A DNA stretch of 64,000 nt from Croceicoccus sp. (GCA_029936705.1 JAPYSD010000001.1:819-64818); one strand, 5' to 3'; shown: positions 53,712 to 63,683, counted from the first letter of the stretch. A program made the numbers and translations. Notes: a model not told the origin generated them from the letters alone.

Positions 53712-54513
53712 AACATTGTCTTTCGATTGCGGACAAAAGCCGCGGTGATGACAATGCGCCCTTGATTTCGCGCCACGCGTAAGGGAAACCTATACACGCT
53801 TCACAGAGCACGACCGCCTGACGCATTGTCGTCGGTGGCGGAGGTTTCAGCGGGACAGGACATCGAACCTTTTGCCGAGGTTCGTCCTGCCCGCTGAACC
53901 GATCGCTAGCCATGATGCCCCATGAACTTTGCCGTTCAAGCGCTAGTTTTCCACCGAAGCCCACATGCGAAAGCGCGGTCGCCGCGAGGCTCGCCGGACA
54001 AGAGCGATGCAAGAGGGAATGCCGCGTTAAAAAAACTTTTCCACCACTTCGCCGCGCATGCAATCTTTTAGAACTTTACGATGTGAGCCGCAGAATTTGG
54101 CCAGCGAATCAGTCAATCCCTATATTCGAGAACGACGATTCGCAGCGCTTGGCAGCATGCATCTGATCCTTATCGAATTTAGTTCTTAGTGGCCCTTCTA
54201 AGACTGGCTGCTCTGCTAAAGCAATTTTTTCTTTTCGATAAACCTACAAGCGAAATCTTCCGGGATACGGCCGTCACCTGCAGAATGCGCCATTCAATGT
54301 CCGCTATCGGGCAACAGACAAACCGCCTCTAGTGACCGGAACCGGGCGCTTAGCTGACCGACCGGTTTAGGCCGTCCCAATGGAAGCTTCTGTCAGGAGC
54401 GGACCTTAGTACGGGTTGATCGAAATGACCGGCTTTGGCCGACTTCAGCCGGAACATGGTGAATATCGTTGGCAGCTCCGCTCGATCCGGCAACAGAAAC
54501 CGGACGGGCCCGT

Positions 54514-54717
54514 TCAGTCGCGGATGTGCCTTTGCCGGTAGTCGCCGCGACAGGCGCGTATGGCCTTGGCGAGGGTCTGGTTGGTCGCATCAAGGTCGAA
54601 TCCCGTATCGAACGTCTTGCCCGCCCAGCGGCGCATTGCCTTAAGCTCCTCATGCATGGGCTCGAGCCATGCTTCCATGCGGATGATATAGGCGTAGGGA
54701 TCGTCGGGTTGGGGCAT
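54514..54717 (-). pseudogene. Small ORF resembling the C-terminus of pRiA4b ORF-3 family proteins
   Basis: EPMHEELKAMRRWAGKTFD..FDLDATNQTLAKAI; weak resemblance only. Confidence 0.35.
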
Positions 54718-54743
54718 AACGGACCATGCCCGTGATGGCAAAA

Positions 54744-56069
54744 TGAACCGCCCCGGGTTTACCGGAGAGTTTCAGTTCCAATAATTAGGCTGCTTTTTCT
54801 ACGACGTTCAAGGTTGCATAGAATTCCTTTTCTGCTTCATGCGGCGTGACGTAGCCGATGGCGCTGTGCAGGCGCGTGTTGTTATACCAGTCGACCCATT
54901 TCAGCGTTTCCCACTCGACCTGACCGACGGACTTCCAAGGGCCGAGGAACTTGATGACCTCGGTCTTGAAGAGACCGATGATGCTTTCGGCCAGGGCATT
55001 GTCATAGGAATCGCCAACGCTGCCGACTGACGGGTCGATCCCGGCTTCGGCCAGTCGCTCAGTGTATCGAATGGATAGATATTGGCTTCCTCTGTCGCTG
55101 TGATGGATCAGCTTCCCGGCTTCCGATGGCGCGCGCTGGCAGATAGCCTGGTTCAGGGCATCGAGGACGAAAGCGGTGGTCATCGAGGTCGAGACCCGCC
55201 AGCCAACGATCTTGCGGGCGAATACGTCGACGACAAAAGCCACATAGACCATTCCCTGCCAGCTTGAGACATAGGTGAAATCGCTGACCCAGAGCTGGTT
55301 GGGCATGGCGGCTACAAAGGCCCGGTTCACCTTGTCATCCGGACAAGCTTGGGCGGCATCCGGGTTTGTTGTGATTACCTTCTTGCCGCGGACAACGCCT
55401 TGTAATCCCGCCACCTTCATCAGACGCTCCACCGTGCAGCGGGCAATAATCCGGCCCCCGCGGCGTAACTGGCGCCAGATCTTGCGGGCGCCATATCGGC
55501 CTCGGCTGTTGTCGAAAGCCTGCTCGATGGCAGCCATGTGGAGACGATCCTGCCTGACCCGGTTGGATGCCAGATCGGGATCGCGCTCCACCGCCTTGAA
55601 AGCGTAAAACGTCGATGGTGCGATCCCCAGAACCCGGCAGATCGGCCCGACACCAAAAACGCTACGTTGATCTTCAATAAACGCGATCATCGCTTGAACG
55701 GGCGGTCGAGCTCCGCCGCCGCGAAATACGCCGATGCCTTCTTCAATATCTCATTGGCGGTGCGAAGTTCACGGTTCTCGCGCTCCAATTCCTTGATCCG
55801 GTCCTTCTCCGCGCTCGTTAGCCCGCCCCGTTGCCCGACATCACGTTCGGCTTGCTGGCACCAGACACGCAGGCTGTCAGGCGAACAGCCGAGCTTGGGT
55901 GCGATCGCCCGATACGCTGCTGTATCGCTGGTGTAATCGCCACGGTTCTCCCGAAACAGGCGGACACCGCGTTCGCGAAGTTCAACCGGATAGGCGGGCG
56001 TGAATCTTTGCTTGGTCATAAGGCTCATCCTTTGAGTATTTTACTCTCCGGTAAACCCGGGGCGGTTCA
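54744..56069 (-). mobile_element. Intact IS3-family element (IS51-group-like); orfA 55687-56019, orfB 54785-55690
   Basis: Perfect 27-bp IRs TGAACCGCCCCGGGTTTACCGGAGAGT, AAAA on both flanks; WVSDFTY, HHSDRGSQY, DNALAES.IGLFKTE. Confidence 0.97.
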
Positions 56070-56179
56070 AAAACCCACAAGCATGTGGTGGTGCGCCGGA
56101 CACCTGCAAGGGCGAAATGCGCGTCTCCTTGAGCCGGGTGGGATTCTCGAAGTCACGCTTGTCGGCGGGCGCTGCCCAC

Positions 56180-56470
56180 TCACAGATATCGACCGAAGTC
56201 CCTGCTGTGGTGAAGAACCCGAACAATCAGAATTGTGCTGCCGGCCGGCTGATAAAAGATGACATGAGCCTGCTGCCTGATCCGGCGCAGACCGGGCGCA
56301 AGCTCTTCGGCGCTCCTGCCAAGGCCCGGGTTGTCGAGCAGGGACTGAAAGCAGGATTGTAGCAGATCGCGATACTTGCGGGCCTGTTCGATGCCAAACT
56401 CAGCAATCGTGTAATCGGCGATCTCGGCAAGATCGGATGCCGCCCGCCTGCTGATATGCAAGTCAGGCAT
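56180..56470 (-). CDS. parE: ParE/RelE-family type II toxin
   Basis: ISRRAASDLAEIADYT..FGIEQA..Y, HVIFY, IVRVLHHSRD. Confidence 0.92.
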   Translation of the reverse strand: MPDLHISRRAASDLAEIADYTIAEFGIEQARKYRDLLQSCFQSLLDNPGLGRSAEELAPGLRRIRQQAHVIFYQPAGSTILIVRVLHHSRDFGRYL

Positions 56471-56717
56471 CTGTGGAGCGGCTACGCTTCTCCGCTGTTG
56501 TCCATATTTCGTCCAGCGACAGATCGCTCACGCCGCTTTCCAGCCCTTCCGCGATCGCCTGCCTCAGTTGGGCCAAGCTGTTCTGCCCTTCCTGATCGCG
56601 GCGTACGAGATCACGAATATACTCGCTGTCGTTCGTGAATGCCCCGCGTGCGATCTGAGCCTTTATCCAGGCATCCTGACTGTCGCTGAGCGTGATGGTT
56701 TTGCGGATGGTGGCCAT
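56463..56717 (-). CDS. parD: ParD-family ribbon-helix-helix antitoxin
   Basis: RKTITL..WIKAQIARGAFTNDSEYIRDLVRRDQ..LRQAIAEGLESG; overlaps parE. Confidence 0.92.
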   Translation of the reverse strand: MATIRKTITLSDSQDAWIKAQIARGAFTNDSEYIRDLVRRDQEGQNSLAQLRQAIAEGLESGVSDLSLDEIWTTAEKRSRSTDA

Positions 56718-57080
56718 GTGCTTCTCCTGCAGAAACAGGTATCATACTATTGGTGCAGCCCGCAATGATCACAGCAATATATTCCGGTTGCCCGATGGGT
56801 CCATCTCACTGGCTGGCAAGCGGCTTTCTGTCCGATTTGACTTATGGAACATGCGCGCGGCGCTCGAAGTGCTCTATGGGCACCGGCGTTCTTGTATCGA
56901 CGCACTTCGTACCGCATGGTTCGCGGGTTCGTAGCGAGATACGCGATGCAGAACGAAGCCACGAAAACGGTCCACCGCAACAGCCTTGGCTTCGCCGTGA
57001 AGGCTGAAGGCCTCTCCCACTTAACCACATAAAAAGCGGCGGATGGCACCTTTTTCATTCAGTCAAAATTGGCCCTGCTT

Positions 57081-58247
57081 CTAGGCCATTTCGATCTGAG
57101 ACAGCTTCGCGACCCGCAGGTCGCTTTCCTTCGAAAGCAACGACTGCCAGTCAGGGTTCACCTGCGCCAGTTTGAAGCCGCGCCCGGCCGGCCGAGCCGA
57201 TACAACCCGCACCCTGCGGCCATCGATCAAAGCAAGTACCATCTCGCCTGCCACTTCGGAGCGATCGATCAGCTCGAAAACCAGCAGCGCGCTTGCAGGA
57301 ATACCGATGCCAAGGACGGGCTTGTCCAGTCTGAAGGCAATGCCCGGTCCGTCAAAATTTCGCGTGAAGGTCTTCGACGTCTCCGACAGCATGGTCCATC
57401 CATCATGCGTCTTGCCCTCGAGGATCGGCATGGTCCGATCCTCGCAGAAAATATCGGGCTGCGCGCCGGCCGCCACGAGGCTCAGCTTGGACGACCAGTC
57501 GACAAGACCCTTTTCGGCCATCATGTTTTCGAGCTTGGCCGCAAAATTCTCGGCTTTCTGGCCCGGGATCTTCTTGACCAGGGAAAGGAGCGACGCGTTA
57601 TGCCGCTGGTCGAGGGAGTGCTGCGAGAAAAGCTCTGCCATCATCGCATCGAGCCGTTCTTCCTGCTCGTATGCCGTAACACTACGCGCGATATCCCGCA
57701 TCGAGGTTCCGCCCATCATCTTGGCCGCCGACTTGCGGATTTTGTCAGGCCAGCGATGGAATGGGCGCTCTGCGTTTTCAATCCGGCTTGCGGTTGCGGC
57801 CGGTATGCCAAACTTCTTCTTGAGATCCGTGGTCGACAAACCGAGCTCGCGGCGACGAATTCGCAGCGCCGCGCCGATCTTCATGTCTTCGCGGGTACCA
57901 CCGCGGTAGGTCAGCGAAGCTTCAGTATGATCGCGTGCCCAGCTTTCACGATCGAAATCCTTCTCGACCGTGTCGATGAACAGGCTCATGGGTTCGACGT
58001 TGAGAAGCTTTGCGAGCGCGACGACCTCGTCAGGTCGCGGGAAAATCTGTCCGCGCTCGATCTTGGCCAACCGTATGTAGTTGATCTCTTCCAGTCCGGT
58101 TTCACGGATGAAATCTGTCAGCATCTCGTATCCGGCCTTGCGGCGAAGATCGCGAAGCTTGTTCGGGAAGACGGTCGAGCGGACAATGCCGCTGTCGACG
58201 ATATGGACCTGCGGCTGTTCGACTGACTTTGCAGCAACGGGCGCCAC
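57081..58247 (-). CDS. Tandem XRE helix-turn-helix protein with S24-peptidase-like C-terminal domain
   Basis: FPNKLRDLRRKAG..YIRLAKIERG and LRIRRRELGLS..ATASRIENAE; GIAFRL..IPASALLVF..GEMVLALIDG; GTG start after AGGAG. Confidence 0.8.
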   Translation of the reverse strand: MAPVAAKSVEQPQVHIVDSGIVRSTVFPNKLRDLRRKAGYEMLTDFIRETGLEEINYIRLAKIERGQIFPRPDEVVALAKLLNVEPMSLFIDTVEKDFDRESWARDHTEASLTYRGGTREDMKIGAALRIRRRELGLSTTDLKKKFGIPAATASRIENAERPFHRWPDKIRKSAAKMMGGTSMRDIARSVTAYEQEERLDAMMAELFSQHSLDQRHNASLLSLVKKIPGQKAENFAAKLENMMAEKGLVDWSSKLSLVAAGAQPDIFCEDRTMPILEGKTHDGWTMLSETSKTFTRNFDGPGIAFRLDKPVLGIGIPASALLVFELIDRSEVAGEMVLALIDGRRVRVVSARPAGRGFKLAQVNPDWQSLLSKESDLRVAKLSQIEMA

Positions 58248-58676
58248 AGCATAATCTCCTATTGCGATGAACGGGGATTGGAGATCCCGCCCGTCACGAA
58301 ACTCTATCACCCGAGGGCCGAAAAGAATTCCCTTTTCGGATGGAAAATCTGACAAGCCATCAACTGGTTCTAATCCAATAATCCGGTCGCAAGCAAGGCT
58401 TGCACAGCAATAGTGTGCAATCTCTTACAGATCGCCTCCCGGCGAGTAATCAGCGGGATCCAGAATTATTCGGATAAAGCACATTTCCAAAAAACTGTGC
58501 CATTCTTGCTCTGGAGTTATCCGCTAACTGAACGGCCCCAGGATGATCTCGCGTCCGGGTGCCACCCACTTTTCGCAGTGGCGGTAGGTCTCAACTGGTC
58601 GGTAGGAGGCGAACAAAACGTCAAAACAGCGATCGGATCGATGCGCATTTTGTTGACGACGTCTCGAAGCCGCAGA

Positions 58677-58904
58677 TTAAAACTGCTCCACAGGCTGGAT
58701 GACCGCACCCCGCTTGCCGCAGGCACGGCAACGCATCATCGGTTCCACCGCCTCGATCCTTAGCGGCTTTCGGCGGCGGCTCAGTTCGTCCGCAAGTTCG
58801 ATCGCATTCCAATGCAAGACATGCCCGCAGCCTTCGCAGGTGATTTTCGCGTCATATCCGCGCCTTGCGAAATCCGTGATCGTATCGAGCTTGATTCGTC
58901 CCAT
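58677..58904 (-). CDS. Small zinc-finger hypothetical protein
   Basis: CEGCGH...RCRACGKRG. Confidence 0.75.
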   Translation of the reverse strand: MGRIKLDTITDFARRGYDAKITCEGCGHVLHWNAIELADELSRRRKPLRIEAVEPMMRCRACGKRGAVIQPVEQF

Positions 58905-58915
58905 GAGCCGAACTG

Positions 58916-58930
58916 GAACGAACAGGGAAC
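58916..58930 (-). promoter_or_regulatory. Alphaproteobacterial LexA (SOS) box
   Basis: GAAC-N7-GAAC (GTTC-N7-GTTC on the minus strand) 11 nt upstream of the zinc-finger ATG. Confidence 0.7.
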
Positions 58931-59161
58931 AATCGTCAACATGCCGGTTGCCCTCGTGCGCATCCTTTCGATTGCGCATCGATGAGGTTCCCAGGGCAGT
59001 GAGTTTCTTGGGAAATGCAGTGTGAAGAACGAGGGGAAGAAGTCTGAACCCACGGGTCAGCAGGGAAGGCGAGAAAGGTGAGAGTAGGGAAAAGGAGGTT
59101 ACGGCCTCGCTACCCGCTCCGCCGGTCTCGCTTGTACCAACGACCGGAAGGTTTGAACTTC

Positions 59162-60055
59162 ATGAATACCGATGCCAATTCCAATCTCGCGGATATCTTG
59201 GACAGAGACGACCGCTTCAGGGTGCTGCGCAGGCTCGAGGAGCCGTGGGCGAAAGATAGCGACGAGCCTGTAAGAGGCAGAAGAAGAACCCTCGTGCTGG
59301 TCGATGTGGAGACGACAGGGCTCGATCCCGACAATGACGCGATCATCGAACTGGCGCTGATGCAGGTGTTGGTCGAGAGCGAAGGCGATAACCGCGTTCA
59401 CAAGGTGATATCCTGGACGAAGCCCGAGGAGTGGCTACAGGATCCAGGCCGTGAAATCCCTGAAAAGATCAGCTTCCTGACCGGGATTTCCGACGATGCC
59501 GTTGCCGGGCAGCGGATCGACGACGACCGCGTGATGGAGGTGCTGTCGAGAGCCGATCTCATCATCGCGCATAATGCGCGCTTCGACCGCGCCTTCATCG
59601 AGCAGCGCTATCTCGAACTCGGCCCGAGGCCATGGGCGTGCAGCATGAATGAGATCGACTGGCTGACCCTCGAAATGGACGGGAAGAACCTCGGCTATCT
59701 GCTGATGCAAAGCGGACGCTTCTATCCAGCCCATCATGCCGCGAACGACGTGTGGAGCCTGTTCAAGCTGCTGACCTCGACGCTGGCGCGGTTTCAGCTG
59801 CTCGATGCGCGCAGCTGCCTCGACCTGCTGATCGAGGCGAGCGATGCGGAGACCTACCGCGTCGAAGCGCTGCACGCGCCATTCGGCTTCAAGGACCGGC
59901 TGAAGGCCCGCGGCTACAAATGGGATCCGAAGAAGAAGGTGTGGTGGACCGAACTTGGCTATCCCGATTACCTCGATGAGCGCGACTGGTTTGCCGCGCT
60001 TGGCCTGCCGTCATTTGTCGCGACCCCGATCGACGCGACGCAGCGGCATCTCTGA
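59162..60055 (+). CDS. DnaQ-like DEDDh 3'-5' exonuclease
   Basis: VDVETTGLD, AHNARFD, HHAANDV; C-terminal LKARGYKWD...WW. Confidence 0.92.
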   Translation: MNTDANSNLADILDRDDRFRVLRRLEEPWAKDSDEPVRGRRRTLVLVDVETTGLDPDNDAIIELALMQVLVESEGDNRVHKVISWTKPEEWLQDPGREIPEKISFLTGISDDAVAGQRIDDDRVMEVLSRADLIIAHNARFDRAFIEQRYLELGPRPWACSMNEIDWLTLEMDGKNLGYLLMQSGRFYPAHHAANDVWSLFKLLTSTLARFQLLDARSCLDLLIEASDAETYRVEALHAPFGFKDRLKARGYKWDPKKKVWWTELGYPDYLDERDWFAALGLPSFVATPIDATQRHL

Positions 60056-60084
60056 TCTTCGAACACCCAGCCAATATTCTCTCG

Positions 60085-60112
60085 AAAGGGCCCGCCTCGC
60101 GCGGGCCTTTTT
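60085..60112 (+). terminator. Intrinsic terminator
   Basis: AAAGGGCCCGC..GCGGGCCTTTTT. Confidence 0.8.
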
Positions 60113-60139
60113 CGTATCTACCTACAGGATATCTTCAGC

Positions 60140-60967
60140 ATGCTTATTCTCGACCGCCCCAGATCACTTATCAATCAGCACCGGCCACCACTCGCCCAGG
60201 AAACGGACAAGACCATTGTCGTCGCCGATTTCGAGTTCCTGAGCGATTGGCGCAAGTTCGAGGATTATCGAGCGAAGGATGGCGACGCTGCGCATTGGAA
60301 GCCGCGCTGGCCTTTCGGCTATATCGTCTGCGCGTCCTGGGTGGTTATCGATTTTCCGGCAGCGGCAGACAAGCCAGAAGTCAGCCATTTCTATTCGCTT
60401 TCCCAACCTCACAATGATCAGACCGATATCGTGGAGGTCTTTTTCCGAACGCTCGAGCAGGCCTCATCGAACAACGCGGAGCCAGCCCGTCTCGTGACTT
60501 GGGGAGGCGATCTGAAGGACATTGCGGCTCTGCATCTTGTCGCGCAGCGACGCGAATGGATCCTGCCGCCCCAGCTTCGGAACACCAGTCCTCACTGCCC
60601 GCAGCGGCTCGATCTTTGTCAGTTCTACTATCACAAGGAGCTGGAAGGCGTTCACCTCTCGGAATTTCTGCAAGCGCAGGATTTGCCGGTAAAACCCAAC
60701 CGGCCAACGAAAGTGACCGACTTCGCAAGCGATGGTAACTGGAAGGCCGTCGAGGAACATTGTGCAGCAGATGTGATGCTGACAGCGATCCTTGCAGTGC
60801 GTCATCTCGCCTCCACCGCTCAAATCGGTCAGACCGGCAAGAAATGTACTGAGGCGATCCTCGACCGGTTCTGCGATCGTAGTCCTACTTCCTACACTCG
60901 GTATCTGCAGAAATGGCGCAAGGAGAACCTCGGTTACCGGGGGGGCCTGAAATGCCGCGGCCGCTGA
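60140..60967 (+). CDS. Divergent PolB-exonuclease-like 3'-5' exonuclease
   Basis: VVADFEF (ExoI), LVTWGGDLKD (ExoII-like), RLDL, EEHCAADV (ExoIII-like). Confidence 0.7.
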   Translation: MLILDRPRSLINQHRPPLAQETDKTIVVADFEFLSDWRKFEDYRAKDGDAAHWKPRWPFGYIVCASWVVIDFPAAADKPEVSHFYSLSQPHNDQTDIVEVFFRTLEQASSNNAEPARLVTWGGDLKDIAALHLVAQRREWILPPQLRNTSPHCPQRLDLCQFYYHKELEGVHLSEFLQAQDLPVKPNRPTKVTDFASDGNWKAVEEHCAADVMLTAILAVRHLASTAQIGQTGKKCTEAILDRFCDRSPTSYTRYLQKWRKENLGYRGGLKCRGR

Positions 60968-61328
60968 ACCTCGCGGCCGCCCTGCTGGACAGCATTGCCG
61001 CTGCCGCTGACAGATCGCGGCGGACGTTTCCGATCAGACAGCGCACTGGCTGCTGATCGGCCGGGCGATCGAGGAAAGCGCCGGCTTCGACTTTGCAAAA
61101 GTCGAGGCTGCGCGCGTAGCCAAGCGGGACACCGCCGATCTCACCGAGGCCGAGTGGATCGTCTGGAACGCCTATGTCCACAAAAGCCTGATCCGCCCCG
61201 ACAAGGGCGAGGAAGAATTGTTCGCCGAGCGCCGGGCGAGGGCGCTTGGCACCGGGCTCGACGCCAATGGCCAAATCGTCTCGCAATCGGATCAGGAGCC
61301 AAGGGATGGCGAGGAGGGCTCCGGCTGA
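60952..61328 (+). pseudogene. ParD-like antitoxin family gene with a 1-nt frameshift
   Basis: MPRPLNLAAALLDSIAAAADRSRRT, then in the shifted frame SDQTAHWLLIGRAIEESAGFDFAKV...ELFAERRARALGTGLDANGQIV; shift at ~61027-61030. Confidence 0.7.
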
Positions 61329-61383
61329 CGCCGGTGTCCCGTCATCAGCTTCTGTTACTCCCGACAAATAGAGGACAATCACC

Positions 61384-61776
61384 ATGCCAACGACGAAGCG
61401 CCGGGCGGCGCAGCGCCGTGCGCTGCGCTGGGCGCAGGCCGATATTTGCGCGGGCTGCGGCGCATTCCTGCCAAGCGGCAAGCGCCTGCCGCGTCATCAT
61501 CCCGATACCCCGACCTTCGATCACGTGATCGCACGCAGCGATGGGGGAGGGCGCACGCTCTCGAACGGCCTATTGAAGCACCAGCGCTGCAATCAGCAGC
61601 GCGGAAACAAGCCGCCGACCGGATGCGACCTGCTGTGGCGCGATCTCGTGCAGGCCCGGCTCGCCGGTAGGCCGAGAAGCTTCAAGCCGACATTCCGCAG
61701 CGGGGTGCCCAATCCGCATGGCAGCGAGCGCGCCGAGGCGCGGGGTCTCATGACAATTACAGAGAAAACAACATGA
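61384..61776 (+). CDS. HNH endonuclease
   Basis: CAGCG...TFDHVIARSDGG...SNGLLKHQRCNQQRGN. Confidence 0.85.
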   Translation: MPTTKRRAAQRRALRWAQADICAGCGAFLPSGKRLPRHHPDTPTFDHVIARSDGGGRTLSNGLLKHQRCNQQRGNKPPTGCDLLWRDLVQARLAGRPRSFKPTFRSGVPNPHGSERAEARGLMTITEKTT

Positions 61777-63035
61777 ATATTCAGATCCTGGACCGCCTCG
61801 CGGTCCTGTGGGGCGAACACCTCGCTGGTGAACTCGCGCTCGATCGTAATGGTGCGATGCGCTTTACCTATGCCGGCAGCTGGCTTCGCGATCCGCAAGC
61901 GCTGCCGATCTCCTTCTCGCTGCCCTTGCGGGCAGAGCCGTTCGAAGACCGCGCCTGCAAGCCCTTCTTCGGGAACCTTTTGCCCGAGGAATGGCAGCGC
62001 GAAGCCGCGGCCCGTGCGCTGGGCATCTCTTCGGGCAATCCGTTCCGATTGCTGAAGGCATTGGGCGGCGATACGGCGGGCGCGCTGACGTTCCGGCCCG
62101 CCGATCAGCCAAAGTCTTTCGGTTCGACAACAAGAACTCCAGTTCCCCTGAATGATGCCGAACTTGCCGCCCTGTTCGGCCGCATGGCGCAAAGGCCGAT
62201 GCTGGCAGGGGAGGGCCCCCGCTACAGCCTTGCCGGCGCGCAGAGCAAGCTGCCGGTCGTGCTGATCGATAAGCGCATCGCGCTGGCATTACCGGGGCAG
62301 GCGACCACCCATATCATCAAGCCCGAGCCTGAGAGGTTCCCGGGACTGGCGGCGAACGAGGCGTTCTGTCTGACCTTGGCGAAAAGCACCGGCCTCGCAG
62401 CAGCAGATGCCGAATGGCGTTCGGCCCGAGGCAGGGCTTTCCTCCTCGTGTCGCGCTACGACCGGATCACGCAGAACGGACCGGTACGGCGGTTGCATCA
62501 GGAAGACTTCGCGCAGGCCCTGGGGGTTATGTCCTCGAAGAAATATGCAAGCGATGGCGGGCCGGTGTTCCGGGACTGCTTCGATCTCGTCAGGCGCGCT
62601 ACGACCGATCCCGAGACCGAAATTCTCAAGCTGATCGATGCCGCGCTCTTCAATCTCGTCATCGGCAACGCCGACGCGCATGCCAAGAACTTCAGCCTGT
62701 TGCGCGGCGACAGCGGTGAGGTCGCGCTTGCGCCGCTCTACGATCTGGTCTCGACGGTGGTCTGGCCTGAGCTATCGAACAGGTTTGCCATGAAGTACGG
62801 GCGGGCGAGGGCGCTGGAGGACATGTCCACCGGAAGCTTCGAGCGCTTCGCTGCCGATGCGAGTGTGGATTTCCAGATTGTCCGGGAACGCGGTGCTTCG
62901 CTTTGCGGACGCATTATTAGCGGTGTCGAGGCGGGTTGGGACACGCCAGGTCTGACCGATCGATCGGCAATCTCGGCTTTGGCTGCCCTTATCCACGACC
63001 GTGCTGGTCGAGTATCGTTGAAACTCGCCGGGTGA
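61773..63035 (+). CDS. hipA: HipA-family Ser/Thr kinase toxin
   Basis: FFGNLLPE, SLAGAQSK, IIKP, NEAFCL, RLHQEDFAQALG, GNADAHAKNFS, LAPLYDLVS. Confidence 0.95.
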   Translation: MNIQILDRLAVLWGEHLAGELALDRNGAMRFTYAGSWLRDPQALPISFSLPLRAEPFEDRACKPFFGNLLPEEWQREAAARALGISSGNPFRLLKALGGDTAGALTFRPADQPKSFGSTTRTPVPLNDAELAALFGRMAQRPMLAGEGPRYSLAGAQSKLPVVLIDKRIALALPGQATTHIIKPEPERFPGLAANEAFCLTLAKSTGLAAADAEWRSARGRAFLLVSRYDRITQNGPVRRLHQEDFAQALGVMSSKKYASDGGPVFRDCFDLVRRATTDPETEILKLIDAALFNLVIGNADAHAKNFSLLRGDSGEVALAPLYDLVSTVVWPELSNRFAMKYGRARALEDMSTGSFERFAADASVDFQIVRERGASLCGRIISGVEAGWDTPGLTDRSAISALAALIHDRAGRVSLKLAG

Positions 63036-63683
63036 CCCAGAGAGCGTGCCGAATGCGAGGATAACGGCAAAGCGTTCCTTGTCGGCGGCAGGCAGAACAG
63101 ATAAAATTTAGGCCATGTCGCGTTACACGATCCATAAGAGCCGTGGCGTTACCGCGGGGATGGGAAGCAGACCCCTTTCCGAAACCGCGCGCATTCGGAA
63201 ATATGGCCGGATCCGCGGAATCGATGAGCCGAGCCTGTTCAGCCGCGTATGGACGATGCTGAGCCGCGAGCTTTTCCGCTAGGATCCAGCCAGATCCAGA
63301 CCTGCTTCGGTATGTCGAGAATCCGGGAGCGGCTTTAGTCTTCGAAATCGATCGGTTCTCGGGACGCGAACATAGCTCAAGCCGGTCGAGCAAAATTCAA
63401 AACTTCCCCGCGGCCGCTTGCTTGTCGATCACCGGACCTGCCCAATAATCTACCGCGCGCCTGAAGCCCTCGCTGTTTCTGCTAGGCTGACAGGCCGACG
63501 ATACGCGGATGCTGGGCTTCAAACGTCGAGCCATGCATACTGCGCCACCGGTGACACTTTATCGAGACAGCCGAAAAGCCCTGCAGTTTGCAGCCGCGCT
63601 CGAAGAGGAAGCGCTGGCCGTCGGTAAAGCGAATGTCAGCCGCGCGGTATCCGGCCGTTTGCTCAAGCGCAGACATGGCGAAT

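Noticed and set aside
53100-54740. Retron upstream of ATPase-HNH
   Set aside because: No reverse transcriptase ORF or YxDD-bearing remnant is recognisable here or elsewhere in the window
58520-58565. tRNA-like sequence ending GGGTGCCA
   Set aside because: No T-loop GTTC motif or cloverleaf
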